In this document: positions 18,382 to 26,540 of the stretch, one piece after another
How the letters are laid out: every line of letters begins with the position of its first letter
Position numbering within the stretch: the stretch's first letter is position 1
Origin: Candidatus Zixiibacteriota bacterium
GTDB taxonomy: Bacteria; Zixibacteria; MSB-5A5; WJJR01
Reading direction: 5' to 3'
Assembly (NCBI GenBank): GCA_036170655.1
Contig: JAVHPP010000040.1
Span: forward strand, 1-51,277
Length of the DNA: 51,277 nt
Position numbers and translations under genes: made by a program
The notes under the pieces: model-generated
Database searches by the model: none
What the model saw: only the letters and a program-made list of their open reading frames with translations
What the model was told of the DNA's origin: nothing

Positions 18382-19881
18382 TCAGTCATCGCGCTGCACG
18401 TTGTGCAGCATCGTGGCCAGCATGTCAGTGTAGCGATAGATCGAGTCAACCGCCGTCTTGGCGATCAGATTCTGCTGGTGCAGTCCCTCCAGCACGAATT
18501 CCATGCCAACTGCGGTCTCCTCGGCGCCATTTGTCTTGAGGAACTGCTGAGCGATCTTCTTGAGTGTGGGAACAGACGACAGCGCCTGCTCGAAGGCGGC
18601 GAACGGCATATCGTCGGAAACGTCTACGGTGGTACCACTATTGAAGTAAGAAATCACCTTGCCGAAGATCGGATCGGCCTTGGCCGGCAGTCCATTGTCC
18701 TTCTCGATGCGGGGGAAGCGGCGCTCGAAGACACGCGCAACCGCGCGCCCGAGAATGTTGACCGCGATCAAGCGTGGACCTTCGCGTTCGCCTTCATAGA
18801 CAAGTTCCACTTTGCCGGAGATCGCAGGAATGGCGGCCGCCAGATCGGCGATGCGCGGGATCATGTTCTGGTCGCCGGTGAGCAGGTTGCGTCGCTCGAT
18901 GTTGGAGATGATGTTCTCCATGACCGCGATGGGCACCCGCGCTGAGACACCCGAGGACTGATCGATGTACTCAGATTCACGCGCGGCGAACGCGACCTCT
19001 TCGACGATTTCACGGTAGAAGCCGGGGATCGAAGGCGACTGACCATCCCGGTGAATCCACGCTTCCTGATCGGTGATTATCTGAGAGTCCGCAATTGTCG
19101 TGGGGTAATGTGTGATGATCTGCGAATCGATCCGGTCCTTCAGTGGTGTGATGATATTGCCGCGATTCGTGTAGTCCTCGGGATTGGCGGTGAACACGAG
19201 CGCCAGATCGAGCGGGATACGCACGGGGAAACCCCGGATCTGCAGGTCGCTTTCCTCGAGGATGTTCAGCAAGCCGACCTGGATCCGGGGCTGCAGATCG
19301 GGGAGCTCGTTGATGGCGAAGATGCCACGATTCGTCCGGGGGATGATGCCGTAGTGAATCGTCTCTTCGTCGGAAAAGTCACGTCTTTCGCGGGCCGCCT
19401 TGATCGGATCCAAGTCCCCGATCAGATCGGCGATCGTCACATCCGGAGTGGCGAGTTTCTCCTGGTACCGCTGGTCACGGTGGATCCACATGATCTCTGT
19501 AGCGTCACCCTGCTCCGCGATGATCCGGCGCGAGTAGGCGCATCCGGGGCGCAGCGGATGACAGTTCAGGGGAGATCCCTTGATCGCCGGTGTGTATTCG
19601 TCCAGGAAAGCCACGAGGGACCGGGCGATGCGTGTCTTGGCCTGCCCGCGCAAGCCGAGCAGAATGAAGTTATGGCGCGAGAGGAGCGCATTGACCAGCG
19701 CGGGGACGACGGTCTTCTCGTAGCCGACGATTCCGGGAAACAATTGTTCGCCGGCCTTGAGCTTGGCGATCAGGTTACGACGCATCTCGTCTTTGACCGA
19801 TTCGCATACGGGCTTGCTTTTCTTGAATTCACCGAGGGTCTTGGCGCGTGTTGCCGGCATTCTGATATCCTTTGTTGACAT
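18382..19881 (-). CDS. AAA+ ATPase of the Mg-chelatase ChlI/BchI-like clade
   Basis: The Walker A-like region reads IVGYEKTV..NFILLGLRGQAKTR and the Walker B/sensor region reads GIFAINELPDL. It is paired with a VWA gene, as in ChlI/ChlD-type modules. Confidence 0.7.
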   Translation of the reverse strand: MSTKDIRMPATRAKTLGEFKKSKPVCESVKDEMRRNLIAKLKAGEQLFPGIVGYEKTVVPALVNALLSRHNFILLGLRGQAKTRIARSLVAFLDEYTPAIKGSPLNCHPLRPGCAYSRRIIAEQGDATEIMWIHRDQRYQEKLATPDVTIADLIGDLDPIKAARERRDFSDEETIHYGIIPRTNRGIFAINELPDLQPRIQVGLLNILEESDLQIRGFPVRIPLDLALVFTANPEDYTNRGNIITPLKDRIDSQIITHYPTTIADSQIITDQEAWIHRDGQSPSIPGFYREIVEEVAFAARESEYIDQSSGVSARVPIAVMENIISNIERRNLLTGDQNMIPRIADLAAAIPAISGKVELVYEGEREGPRLIAVNILGRAVARVFERRFPRIEKDNGLPAKADPIFGKVISYFNSGTTVDVSDDMPFAAFEQALSSVPTLKKIAQQFLKTNGAEETAVGMEFVLEGLHQQNLIAKTAVDSIYRYTDMLATMLHNVQRDD

Positions 19882-19956
19882 CCATTTTCATTCTGGGTAG
19901 CCGCACTGTTGACGAGGAGTGGGCAACCCGGCGGACCGCTGCTCTATTATACAACA

Positions 19957-21225
19957 TCAATCAAGTACGAGTGGTTCCATCCGATGGATGGTCAAGCCAG
20001 TCAGTAGCTTGGGGAAGAAGAATGTCGATTTTTGTGGCAGGTTCTGACGCAGCCGCGCCACTTCAAAGATCGACGCCAGTGGAGTCGCGGGCAATATGAA
20101 GCCGAGTTGGTCATGATCCGACTGCACCAGTTCAACGACGCGCGGTGAGTCCTTGGGGAAATCCAGTCCATGGCCGACGGCGATCTGGTCATCGGAATAG
20201 CCGAGTGTCGCCCGCAAGATGCCCGTCTCGAAAATGGCCGTGGCCAGACCGCGCCAGGCCGCACTCGTCTGCGGAGGCCATGGCCAGTCTGTTGTGGACG
20301 TTCTCGTGGTCTCTACCAAGAACACAAAGCCGGGGTCGGGACCGATCATGCCGAAGGCGACGAGATCCCGACGCTGACGTTCCGCGATCAGCCCCTCGAG
20401 ATGCGCCGCGATCTGTCGAGGAGTCTGTCCATCCGTAGGCAGGTGATGCACCTTGAACCGGTCGGCCAACTGTTCGAGGAACTCGGTGAAGCGCCATCCG
20501 TGCTCCCGGGCAACGACGCGGTGAATCGGCAGCACCGTCATTCCGGGGGCGTCAGCATTGAAGAAGGCTGTCATCACATAGCCAAAGCGTTCATCGCCGG
20601 TTTTCTTCCACGAGTCAAAGGCGGCTGCTGTCCGATGGTGGCCGTCGGCGATCACACAGTCCATCCCCGCCATCAGGCGAACGATGTGTTCGCTCCGGTC
20701 GGGATCAGCGCAACGGTAGAGCCGGTGTGCTGATCCATCGGGCTGATCCACCGCCAGGAGCAGGTCTCCCGTTTCGCAATCGCGCAAGATCCGGTCGATC
20801 GTCTGGGCAGGATCGGAGTAGATCATGAAGATCAGGCCGAAGTCCGCTTCGGTTGCCAGGCGGAGACGGCAGCGATCCTCACGCACATGAGAATGGGTCT
20901 CTTCGTGCGTGTACACCCCGGCGTCACGGATATCGCCGAGGGCGATGAATCCGCGACGGGTCAGCCGTGTAGCGCCAACCGTGTACGACTGCGAATAGGG
21001 ATAGAAGCCGGGGCGGTCATCCGGCACTAACGCTTTTTCGCTGACCCATCGCGCCAGAAACGCGTTGGCACGGTTGTAGCGCTGACCAGTGGGATCAGGG
21101 TGACCATCGGGCGGCGCCTTCACGATGCGGGCGATGTTGTATTGGCTCTGCGCTTCGAGCCGGGCGATCATTTCCGGGTCGAATTGATCGTAAGGCGGGC
21201 TGAGGCAGAGTGCCGGGTCGCCCAC
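19957..21225 (-). CDS. DUF1015 family protein
   Basis: The N-terminal SPPYDQ motif and HEETHSHVREDRCRLRLATEADFGLIFMIY and IADGHHR match the DUF1015 pattern as I remember it. Confidence 0.6.
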   Translation of the reverse strand: MGDPALCLSPPYDQFDPEMIARLEAQSQYNIARIVKAPPDGHPDPTGQRYNRANAFLARWVSEKALVPDDRPGFYPYSQSYTVGATRLTRRGFIALGDIRDAGVYTHEETHSHVREDRCRLRLATEADFGLIFMIYSDPAQTIDRILRDCETGDLLLAVDQPDGSAHRLYRCADPDRSEHIVRLMAGMDCVIADGHHRTAAAFDSWKKTGDERFGYVMTAFFNADAPGMTVLPIHRVVAREHGWRFTEFLEQLADRFKVHHLPTDGQTPRQIAAHLEGLIAERQRRDLVAFGMIGPDPGFVFLVETTRTSTTDWPWPPQTSAAWRGLATAIFETGILRATLGYSDDQIAVGHGLDFPKDSPRVVELVQSDHDQLGFILPATPLASIFEVARLRQNLPQKSTFFFPKLLTGLTIHRMEPLVLD

Positions 21226-21374
21226 AACCCTCTCGTTGAACCGCCAGGCGGCGAATGGCTTGATACGAATGGCAATCCCCCTTTACGTTACGAAAATGGC
21301 GGTGAGCCGGGTGCGAAACGACGCCACCCGTTAGATGTTCAAGGGTACACGCCCATCCAGCGCGGCACCCATTA

Positions 21375-22436
21375 TCAAACGCCGATTTCCAAGTGGGGAC
21401 GGTCGGTGGCAAATACTTCACCGCAGATTGCCGCGTCCTCAATCCCTGCGTCTCCCAGTCGCTGAAGTAACCTCTCCGCACTTTCCTGCGCAACGGCGAT
21501 CAGAAGCCCGCCGGACGTTTGCGGGTCGAAGAACAGCATTTGATCCTCAGGCACAATCGCGGGGTCGAAGACGATCTTTTGTCCGAGCGACTTGCCATTG
21601 GAGAGAGTGACACCGGTCCGGACGCCATTGCGTATGAGAGTTTCCGCGATTGGCCACCGGGGGATTCGGCTGAGCTGGAAGCGAATTCCCACACCGCTGG
21701 CCGCAGCCACTTCCCACGCATGTCCTCCCAGCCCAAAGCCGGTGACATCGGTAGCGCCATGGGCGCCCACCGCGGTCATCGCTTGGCCCGCCGCTTTGTT
21801 GAGCATGGCCATGCGCTCAAAGACAGGGCGCGCCTGCTGATCATCAATTAGTCCACCTCTGCGCCCGGTGACCACAACGCCTGACCCGATCGGCTTTGTC
21901 AGAATCAGGACATCTCCGGGCCGTGCGCCTGCGTTGGTCTTGATGTCTTTGTCCCGGACAAGGCCGGTCACGGACAGGCCATACTTGAGTTCGTCATCTT
22001 TCACCGTGTGGCCGCCAATCAGCGCCGCGCCAGACTCCGTGATCGTCGCGAGCCCGCCGCGCAGTATCTCCGTCAGGGTCGTCTTGCCGATTCCCTGTGA
22101 AGGGAAGCAGCAGAGATTCAGGGCGGCCTTCGGTGTGCCGCCCATGGCATAGATATCCGACAGCGAATTGGCTGCCGCAATCCGGCCATAGAGAAACGGA
22201 TCATCGCAGGGCGGCGTGATGAAGTCGGCCGTCAGCACCAGATTCAGGTCCGGCCCGATCTTGTAGACTCCGGCGTCGTCGGCAGTTCCCAACCCCACGA
22301 GCACCTCGGGATAGGAAGGCACGTCAAGTCCTATGATAATCTCATGCAGGTCCACCGGACCCATCTTACCCGCTCACCCACCCGAGGTGGCGAAGCGGGT
22401 AATCGGCTGAGTCTGGGGAACAGCGCATTCAGACAT
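21375..22436 (-). CDS. selD: Selenide, water dikinase (selenophosphate synthetase) SelD, with selenocysteine at codon 21 (in-frame TGA)
   Basis: The ORF track starts at 22364, but the same frame continues upstream through TGA (22376-22374) to ATG 22436, which has GGGAG 7 nt upstream. That stretch reads MSECAVPQTQPITRFATSGG-U-AGKMGPVDL and reproduces the SelD glycine-rich G-[C/U]-x-x-K loop. The body reads DDAGVY..TADFITP..DPFLYGRIAAANSLSDIYAMGG. Confidence 0.85.
22344..22364 (-). promoter_or_regulatory. Candidate bacterial SECIS hairpin for the selD UGA
   Basis: The hairpin starts 9 nt after the UGA and reads AUGGGUCC-GGU-GGACCUGCAU. It has a 5-bp GC-rich apical stem with a GGU loop, extended by wobble/bulged pairs. 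Confidence 0.45.
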
Positions 22437-22581
22437 GGTTCAACTCCCATGGGCGCTCACCGCGCCCGTTCGATCCACCGGGTAACAGTCCACCCGGAAT
22501 GCACAAACATACGAGATCAACCAACGGTTTTTGAAGACGATTTTCGTCACTGCTCCGTTGCCTGCTGCGCACCGCGCCCAT

Positions 22582-22606
22582 CCGGCAGGGTCGGCTGCCC
22601 TGCCGG
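22582..22606 (-). terminator. Strong hairpin between the DsrE-like operon and selD (possible terminator or processing site)
   Basis: CCGGCAGGG-N7-CCCTGCCGG forms a 9-bp stem about 65 nt after the stop of the 128-aa gene. No U tract follows it. Confidence 0.3.
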
Positions 22607-22670
22607 ACGTTGGGAGGGGTTCTGCGTTTGTTGGCGCGGCAAGTCCCAAAGTTCATGGTCGCGCAATCGC

Positions 22671-23057
22671 TCACCAGTGCCAGACGGCATCGTATTGATC
22701 CAGCAACGGCGCCAGATCGGAGCGGTGAATCTCACGGAGACCCTGGAGCAAACGCTCGCGGGAGATTCCCCGTTCGTCAATGTCTTCGGCGATGGCGTAA
22801 ACAGGCACGTTTCGGTCGAGGAGAAACCTCACGTCATTGGCGATTTCCGGCGGTTTGCCGAAAGATGCGCCGCCAATCTCCAGACCGGAAGCGTCTTGAG
22901 TCGAAACGGCGTAGTTCACCGCGTTGCCCCGCAGCAGGAATCCCAGCCCGGGCGCCTTGGCCAGCAGCATCGAGTTGAACCAGAGGACCGTGTCGTCCTG
23001 TTCCTCCAAGGTGCCGTGGTAGGCGCGTTCCACGATCGTTAGAATTTTTTCAGGCAT
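22671..23057 (-). CDS. DsrE/DsrF/DsrH (TusBCD)-fold protein, Cys-less paralog
   Basis: This 128-aa protein has family-typical blocks FLLRGNAVNYAV and VPVYAIAEDIDERGI and ends in ..DAVWHW. It is a paralog of the 23529-23870 product. Confidence 0.6.
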   Translation of the reverse strand: MPEKILTIVERAYHGTLEEQDDTVLWFNSMLLAKAPGLGFLLRGNAVNYAVSTQDASGLEIGGASFGKPPEIANDVRFLLDRNVPVYAIAEDIDERGISRERLLQGLREIHRSDLAPLLDQYDAVWHW

Positions 23058-23069
23058 GTTGTTTACCTC

Positions 23070-23498
23070 TCACTTTGTGGCGATGACCAGTGTCTGGTCG
23101 CTTTGGCGTGCCCAGTCGAGGAAATCCCCGGGGCCGCCACGGCGAACGCCCTCGATCTGGTCGAATGACCCTCGTTCGTCGACACAAAGCCCGCAGGCGA
23201 TCCAGTCGAGTTTGGCGCCGTTGCGCCGGGAGGAATCAAAGAGATTCTCCACCAGACGCTTGGTTGTTGGATGGTCGGCTTCTTCAACCGTGCGTTGTTT
23301 GACCGGGTTCTGATGTGGCTGTTGCTTGGCAATGGACAGTTCGACAGCGGACTCGTAGGCGAAGACGTTGACGTTGTACCCCTTCCGCAGCGCGGCATCG
23401 ACGATGCGGAATGCCGTCGTCGGGTTATTGGAGACATAGGGGCCGTCCATCAAGGCCACGGTCAGGGTTTTCTTGCGAATGGCCGGTGCATCACTCAT
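23070..23498 (-). CDS. DsrE-family protein with a conserved active-site-type cysteine
   Basis: This 142-aa protein reads LTVALMDGPY..AFRIVDAAL.KG..VNVF and has WIACGLCVDERG at the position of the DsrE/TusD Cys loop. Confidence 0.65.
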   Translation of the reverse strand: MSDAPAIRKKTLTVALMDGPYVSNNPTTAFRIVDAALRKGYNVNVFAYESAVELSIAKQQPHQNPVKQRTVEEADHPTTKRLVENLFDSSRRNGAKLDWIACGLCVDERGSFDQIEGVRRGGPGDFLDWARQSDQTLVIATK

Positions 23499-23528
23499 TG
23501 GTTGCTCGCTTTCGGTTCATTGGATCTA

Positions 23529-23870
23529 TTAGTGCCAGAGAACTTTGTCGGTGGACTCCATCAGCGTATCGACCAGTGTGTCGACGCCTGTTACGGTGAT
23601 TCCAGGGACCAGTTCGCCGGTATCGATGCCGCGTTCGCGCAGGGAGAAGTTATCCGCGCCCACGTGCACATTGCCGTTGAGTCCGACCAAGCGGCGGAAC
23701 TTCTTCGAGGGACCGTTGTCGATGCGGTTGCGTCCGATCAGGACACCATTGCCCACGAGGAACAGCTTCACCGAGTGCCTGGCGGACAGTTCGGCCGCGA
23801 GGTCATAGAACCATTCCGCGTCACGGTACTCGAACGGATCCCGCGAAGAGATCAAGAGGTAGTTTGCCAT
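23529..23870 (-). CDS. DsrE/DsrF/DsrH-fold protein, Cys-less paralog
   Basis: The protein reads MANYLLISSRDPFE..KLFLVGNGVL..VHVGADNFSLRERGI..DKVLWH. ATG 23870 has GGGAG 8 nt upstream. Alternative starts are at 23876 and 23936. Confidence 0.55.
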   Translation of the reverse strand: MANYLLISSRDPFEYRDAEWFYDLAAELSARHSVKLFLVGNGVLIGRNRIDNGPSKKFRRLVGLNGNVHVGADNFSLRERGIDTGELVPGITVTGVDTLVDTLMESTDKVLWH

Positions 23871-24185
23871 ACTCATTTCTCCCGGCGGCCTTTCCGGCCG
23901 CCCATCCTGGGTTTTCGAAATCAGCAAAGACATCACGACGCAGACGTCGAGACGTCCGGTCAGACACAGATGCGGGAATCAGGCGTGGGGAGCTGTGAAA
24001 CTCAAAGGGCAGCCCATCGCCATTCCCGCCCGGTACAAATGCACTTATTGCGGGAACTGTGGTCGCGCAGGTGGCGCGGTACGGCGATGGTCAAGGCACG
24101 ATCCATATTCAGTGAGCGCGATGCGCTCATTAAAGCATACGTTATCTGTCAGATTATGTTGAGCGATTTGACGATGGAGACAGCA

Positions 24186-24818
24186 TCAGGAATGTTTCTT
24201 TGATCCATTGCCGTTGCCGTTCCCATTGCCGTTCGAGGGGATCTGGTACGGTCTCAGACCCCGGCCTCGCATCTCAATCTGTTGCCGTTCAAATTGTTCG
24301 GACAACCAAGCCGGGACAATGCCAAGCTTGCGGTATCGACTTTTCACCTCGGGGGGAAGATCAACAAAATCCTTGATCGTGCCACGGCATATCGATGTCA
24401 GGCAGGCGCATTCCATGGTCCATGAGTCCTCGGCCATTGAGGTGGAGTAGTCGAAGGTGATCTCCTCATCTGGCTGGATTATGCGGATGGCCCGCAGGGT
24501 ACGCGCGTCTTGGAATCCACAGTTGGGGTCGCAACTATGGTTGATGAATCGCTCTGGCGCCCAAGTCCGTGTGTAGCTATTGGGACCGATTTGCACGCAG
24601 AAGCGCTCAAAATGCGGGTCGCAAGAACGTTCGTAGTCGATGATGGGGCCGCGAAAATGCAGGACGGCCTCGCCGTTCTCAATCAAGCGGGTTGCAAAAA
24701 GCCCGCGTCCGAGCCGATTGGGACGGATGATGAAATGTCTGTTGTTCGAATCGTTGGGGCTATCCCCGCATAACGCAGGGTCAGATATGTCGCTGACTTT
24801 CTGGTCTTGGTTCGGCAT
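24186..24818 (-). CDS. SET-domain protein (putative protein-lysine methyltransferase) with a post-SET Cys cluster and a C-terminal (NG)5 tail
   Basis: The motifs are GRGLFAT..I..GE, FINHSCDPNC, EEITFDYS and the post-SET ECACLTSICRG. The start chosen is the internal ATG at 24818; the longest ORF runs to 24932. Confidence 0.75.
   Translation of the reverse strand: MPNQDQKVSDISDPALCGDSPNDSNNRHFIIRPNRLGRGLFATRLIENGEAVLHFRGPIIDYERSCDPHFERFCVQIGPNSYTRTWAPERFINHSCDPNCGFQDARTLRAIRIIQPDEEITFDYSTSMAEDSWTMECACLTSICRGTIKDFVDLPPEVKSRYRKLGIVPAWLSEQFERQQIEMRGRGLRPYQIPSNGNGNGNGNGSKKHS
24205..24233. repeat. Hexanucleotide tandem repeat (GCCGTT-like, 5 units) encoding NGNGNGNGNG
   Basis: The sequence CCATTGCCGTTGCCGTTCCCATTGCCGTT lies at the 3' end of the SET gene. 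Confidence 0.8.
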
Positions 24819-25221
24819 GATGTGTCTCTTCGCAGGTTGTGTCTTCTGGTTGACAGGGTGCACTGGTCCGCGCCGGATTCTCGCGGGGTATGAGCGCCAT
24901 AAAAAAACTCCTTTGTCTCCAAGTGCAAGCACATTTCAAAAAAAAGAGCTCTGGATGATCACGATGCCGAATCAGGCAATCACGGTTCTGCGCTGATTAC
25001 TCCAACGACAGGGGGGAGTGCTGCGCCATAGGGGTCTTTCGTCAGCCAGCAACGTAGCGACCTGGAGCGGACACGCACGGGCAATGCATAAGAGGCCGTG
25101 GTACAATGCATTATGGCGAATCGGGTGTCTGGTCCGTCGATCATAATGAATTCTCCGTTCATATTCCATTGACCATTCTTTTTCGACCATTTATATAGGA
25201 CTCCTAATCATTTGGAGGCGC

Positions 25222-25851
25222 ATGAGACAGAGCATCTTTGACCCCCATGTCCAAGCCGAGTCGCCTGAAGCGAAGATCGCCGTCGGTCTGATCCGTGTCG
25301 GGCAGGCCTTAAGCGCCATGCGCAACTCCTTCGCCGGAGATGCGGGGTTGTCGGGGTTGCAGGTGCAGCTTCTCATCGATCTGGCCGCGTCAGCCAGACT
25401 ACGGGGGATCAGTCATTTGGCAGGGCGTCATGGTCTCACCGCAGCGACGATCTCGGACTCAATTCGCGTGCTCGCAGAAAAAGGGTTGGTGACCAAGTCC
25501 ACCTCGGTGGCCGATGGCCGGGCGGTCAACATCTCCCTCACGCGCGAGGGGCGCCACGTAGCCGCCGCGGCCAGCGAGTGGGCGCAGATGCTCGTCGACG
25601 TGGTGTCTTCCTGGGATGAAGACCGTCGCGGCGAAGTGCTCGCCGCTCTTGTTTCGCTGATTGGGGCCATGCAGAGGGAGGGGTGGATTCAGACGGATCG
25701 CATGTGTGCCGTCTGCCGTTTCTTCGAGCGCGACCGATATCCGGGGACATCCTCTCCCCATCATTGCCGATTCATCGATGCGCCATTGCGTCCGGTCGAC
25801 CTGCGCATCGACTGTCCGGATTTTGAAGCAGTTGTCAACGAGATCGTTTGA
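25222..25851 (+). CDS. MarR-family winged-helix regulator with a Cys/His-rich C-terminal extension
   Basis: The wHTH reads ISHLAGRHGLTAATISDSIRVLAEKGLV..DGRAVNISLT.EG. The C-terminal extension reads MCAVCRFF..HHCRF..DCPDF. Confidence 0.7.
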   Translation: MRQSIFDPHVQAESPEAKIAVGLIRVGQALSAMRNSFAGDAGLSGLQVQLLIDLAASARLRGISHLAGRHGLTAATISDSIRVLAEKGLVTKSTSVADGRAVNISLTREGRHVAAAASEWAQMLVDVVSSWDEDRRGEVLAALVSLIGAMQREGWIQTDRMCAVCRFFERDRYPGTSSPHHCRFIDAPLRPVDLRIDCPDFEAVVNEIV

Positions 25852-25889
25852 TGGTGATACCCTCAACCCCAAGAAAGGAGTATGGCAAG

Positions 25890-26384
25890 ATGACCAAACG
25901 GTTCCTGGCGGCGGCATCGCTGTCCGTCGCATTACTCGGTTTAGTCTCTCTCGTGTGGGCAGACAAGGCAGCCGAGGTCCCCTATCCGGAGGCGTATCGG
26001 GGCTGGAGTCATGTCAAGTCGATGGTCCTGCGTCCGGGGCATGAACTCTATGACGCCTTCGGCGGCATCCATCATGTCTATGCCAACGAAAGGGCGCTGG
26101 TAGCGCTCAAGGCGAAAAAGACGTTTCCCGATGGGTCGGTCTTTGTGTTTGACCTGCTGGGCGCCGTGGGCGACAGCACGGCGATCATCGAAGGGCCACG
26201 CAAGGTGGTCGGTGTCATGCACAAGGATGCCGCCAAGTTCGCGGCCACCGGTGGCTGGGGGTTCGAGGGTTTCAAGGGGGACACCCGCGAACGTGTGGTG
26301 ACCGATGCCAAGTCTGGATGCTTTGGCTGCCACAACACTGGCGCCAAGACCAGTGATTTCGTGTTTACCGAGTGGCGCAAGTGA
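25890..26384 (+). CDS. Cytochrome P460-family haem protein (periplasmic)
   Basis: AAGGAG lies upstream of ATG 25890. The signal peptide is MTKRFLAAASLSVALLGLVSLVWA. The motifs YR.W.HVKS and GIHHVYAN are present, with a single CFGCH haem-binding site near the C-terminus. Confidence 0.7.
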   Translation: MTKRFLAAASLSVALLGLVSLVWADKAAEVPYPEAYRGWSHVKSMVLRPGHELYDAFGGIHHVYANERALVALKAKKTFPDGSVFVFDLLGAVGDSTAIIEGPRKVVGVMHKDAAKFAATGGWGFEGFKGDTRERVVTDAKSGCFGCHNTGAKTSDFVFTEWRK

Positions 26385-26540
26385 CCGGCTAACTGACGGC
26401 TTGGCCTTGGCTGTCAGAAATCTACCGATAACCTGCTTTCCTGACGGGCTGCCCCTTTGCCAATAGGGGGCGGCCCGTGTATCTTGGCGGAGAACATGCG
26501 ACACAGGAGAACCTGCCAGGAGAATGCGAGGTTGCCGGTC

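Noticed and set aside
22437-22670. Possible tRNA-Sec (selC) or other tRNA in the 234-nt gap upstream of selD. T-loop-like strings were GTTCGATCC at ~22468 and GGTTCAACTCC at ~22437.
   Set aside because: Neither string is flanked by complementary T-stem arms; the hairpins have 8-10-nt loops. No UCA anticodon stem-loop, long variable arm or 8-bp acceptor stem could be assembled on either strand.
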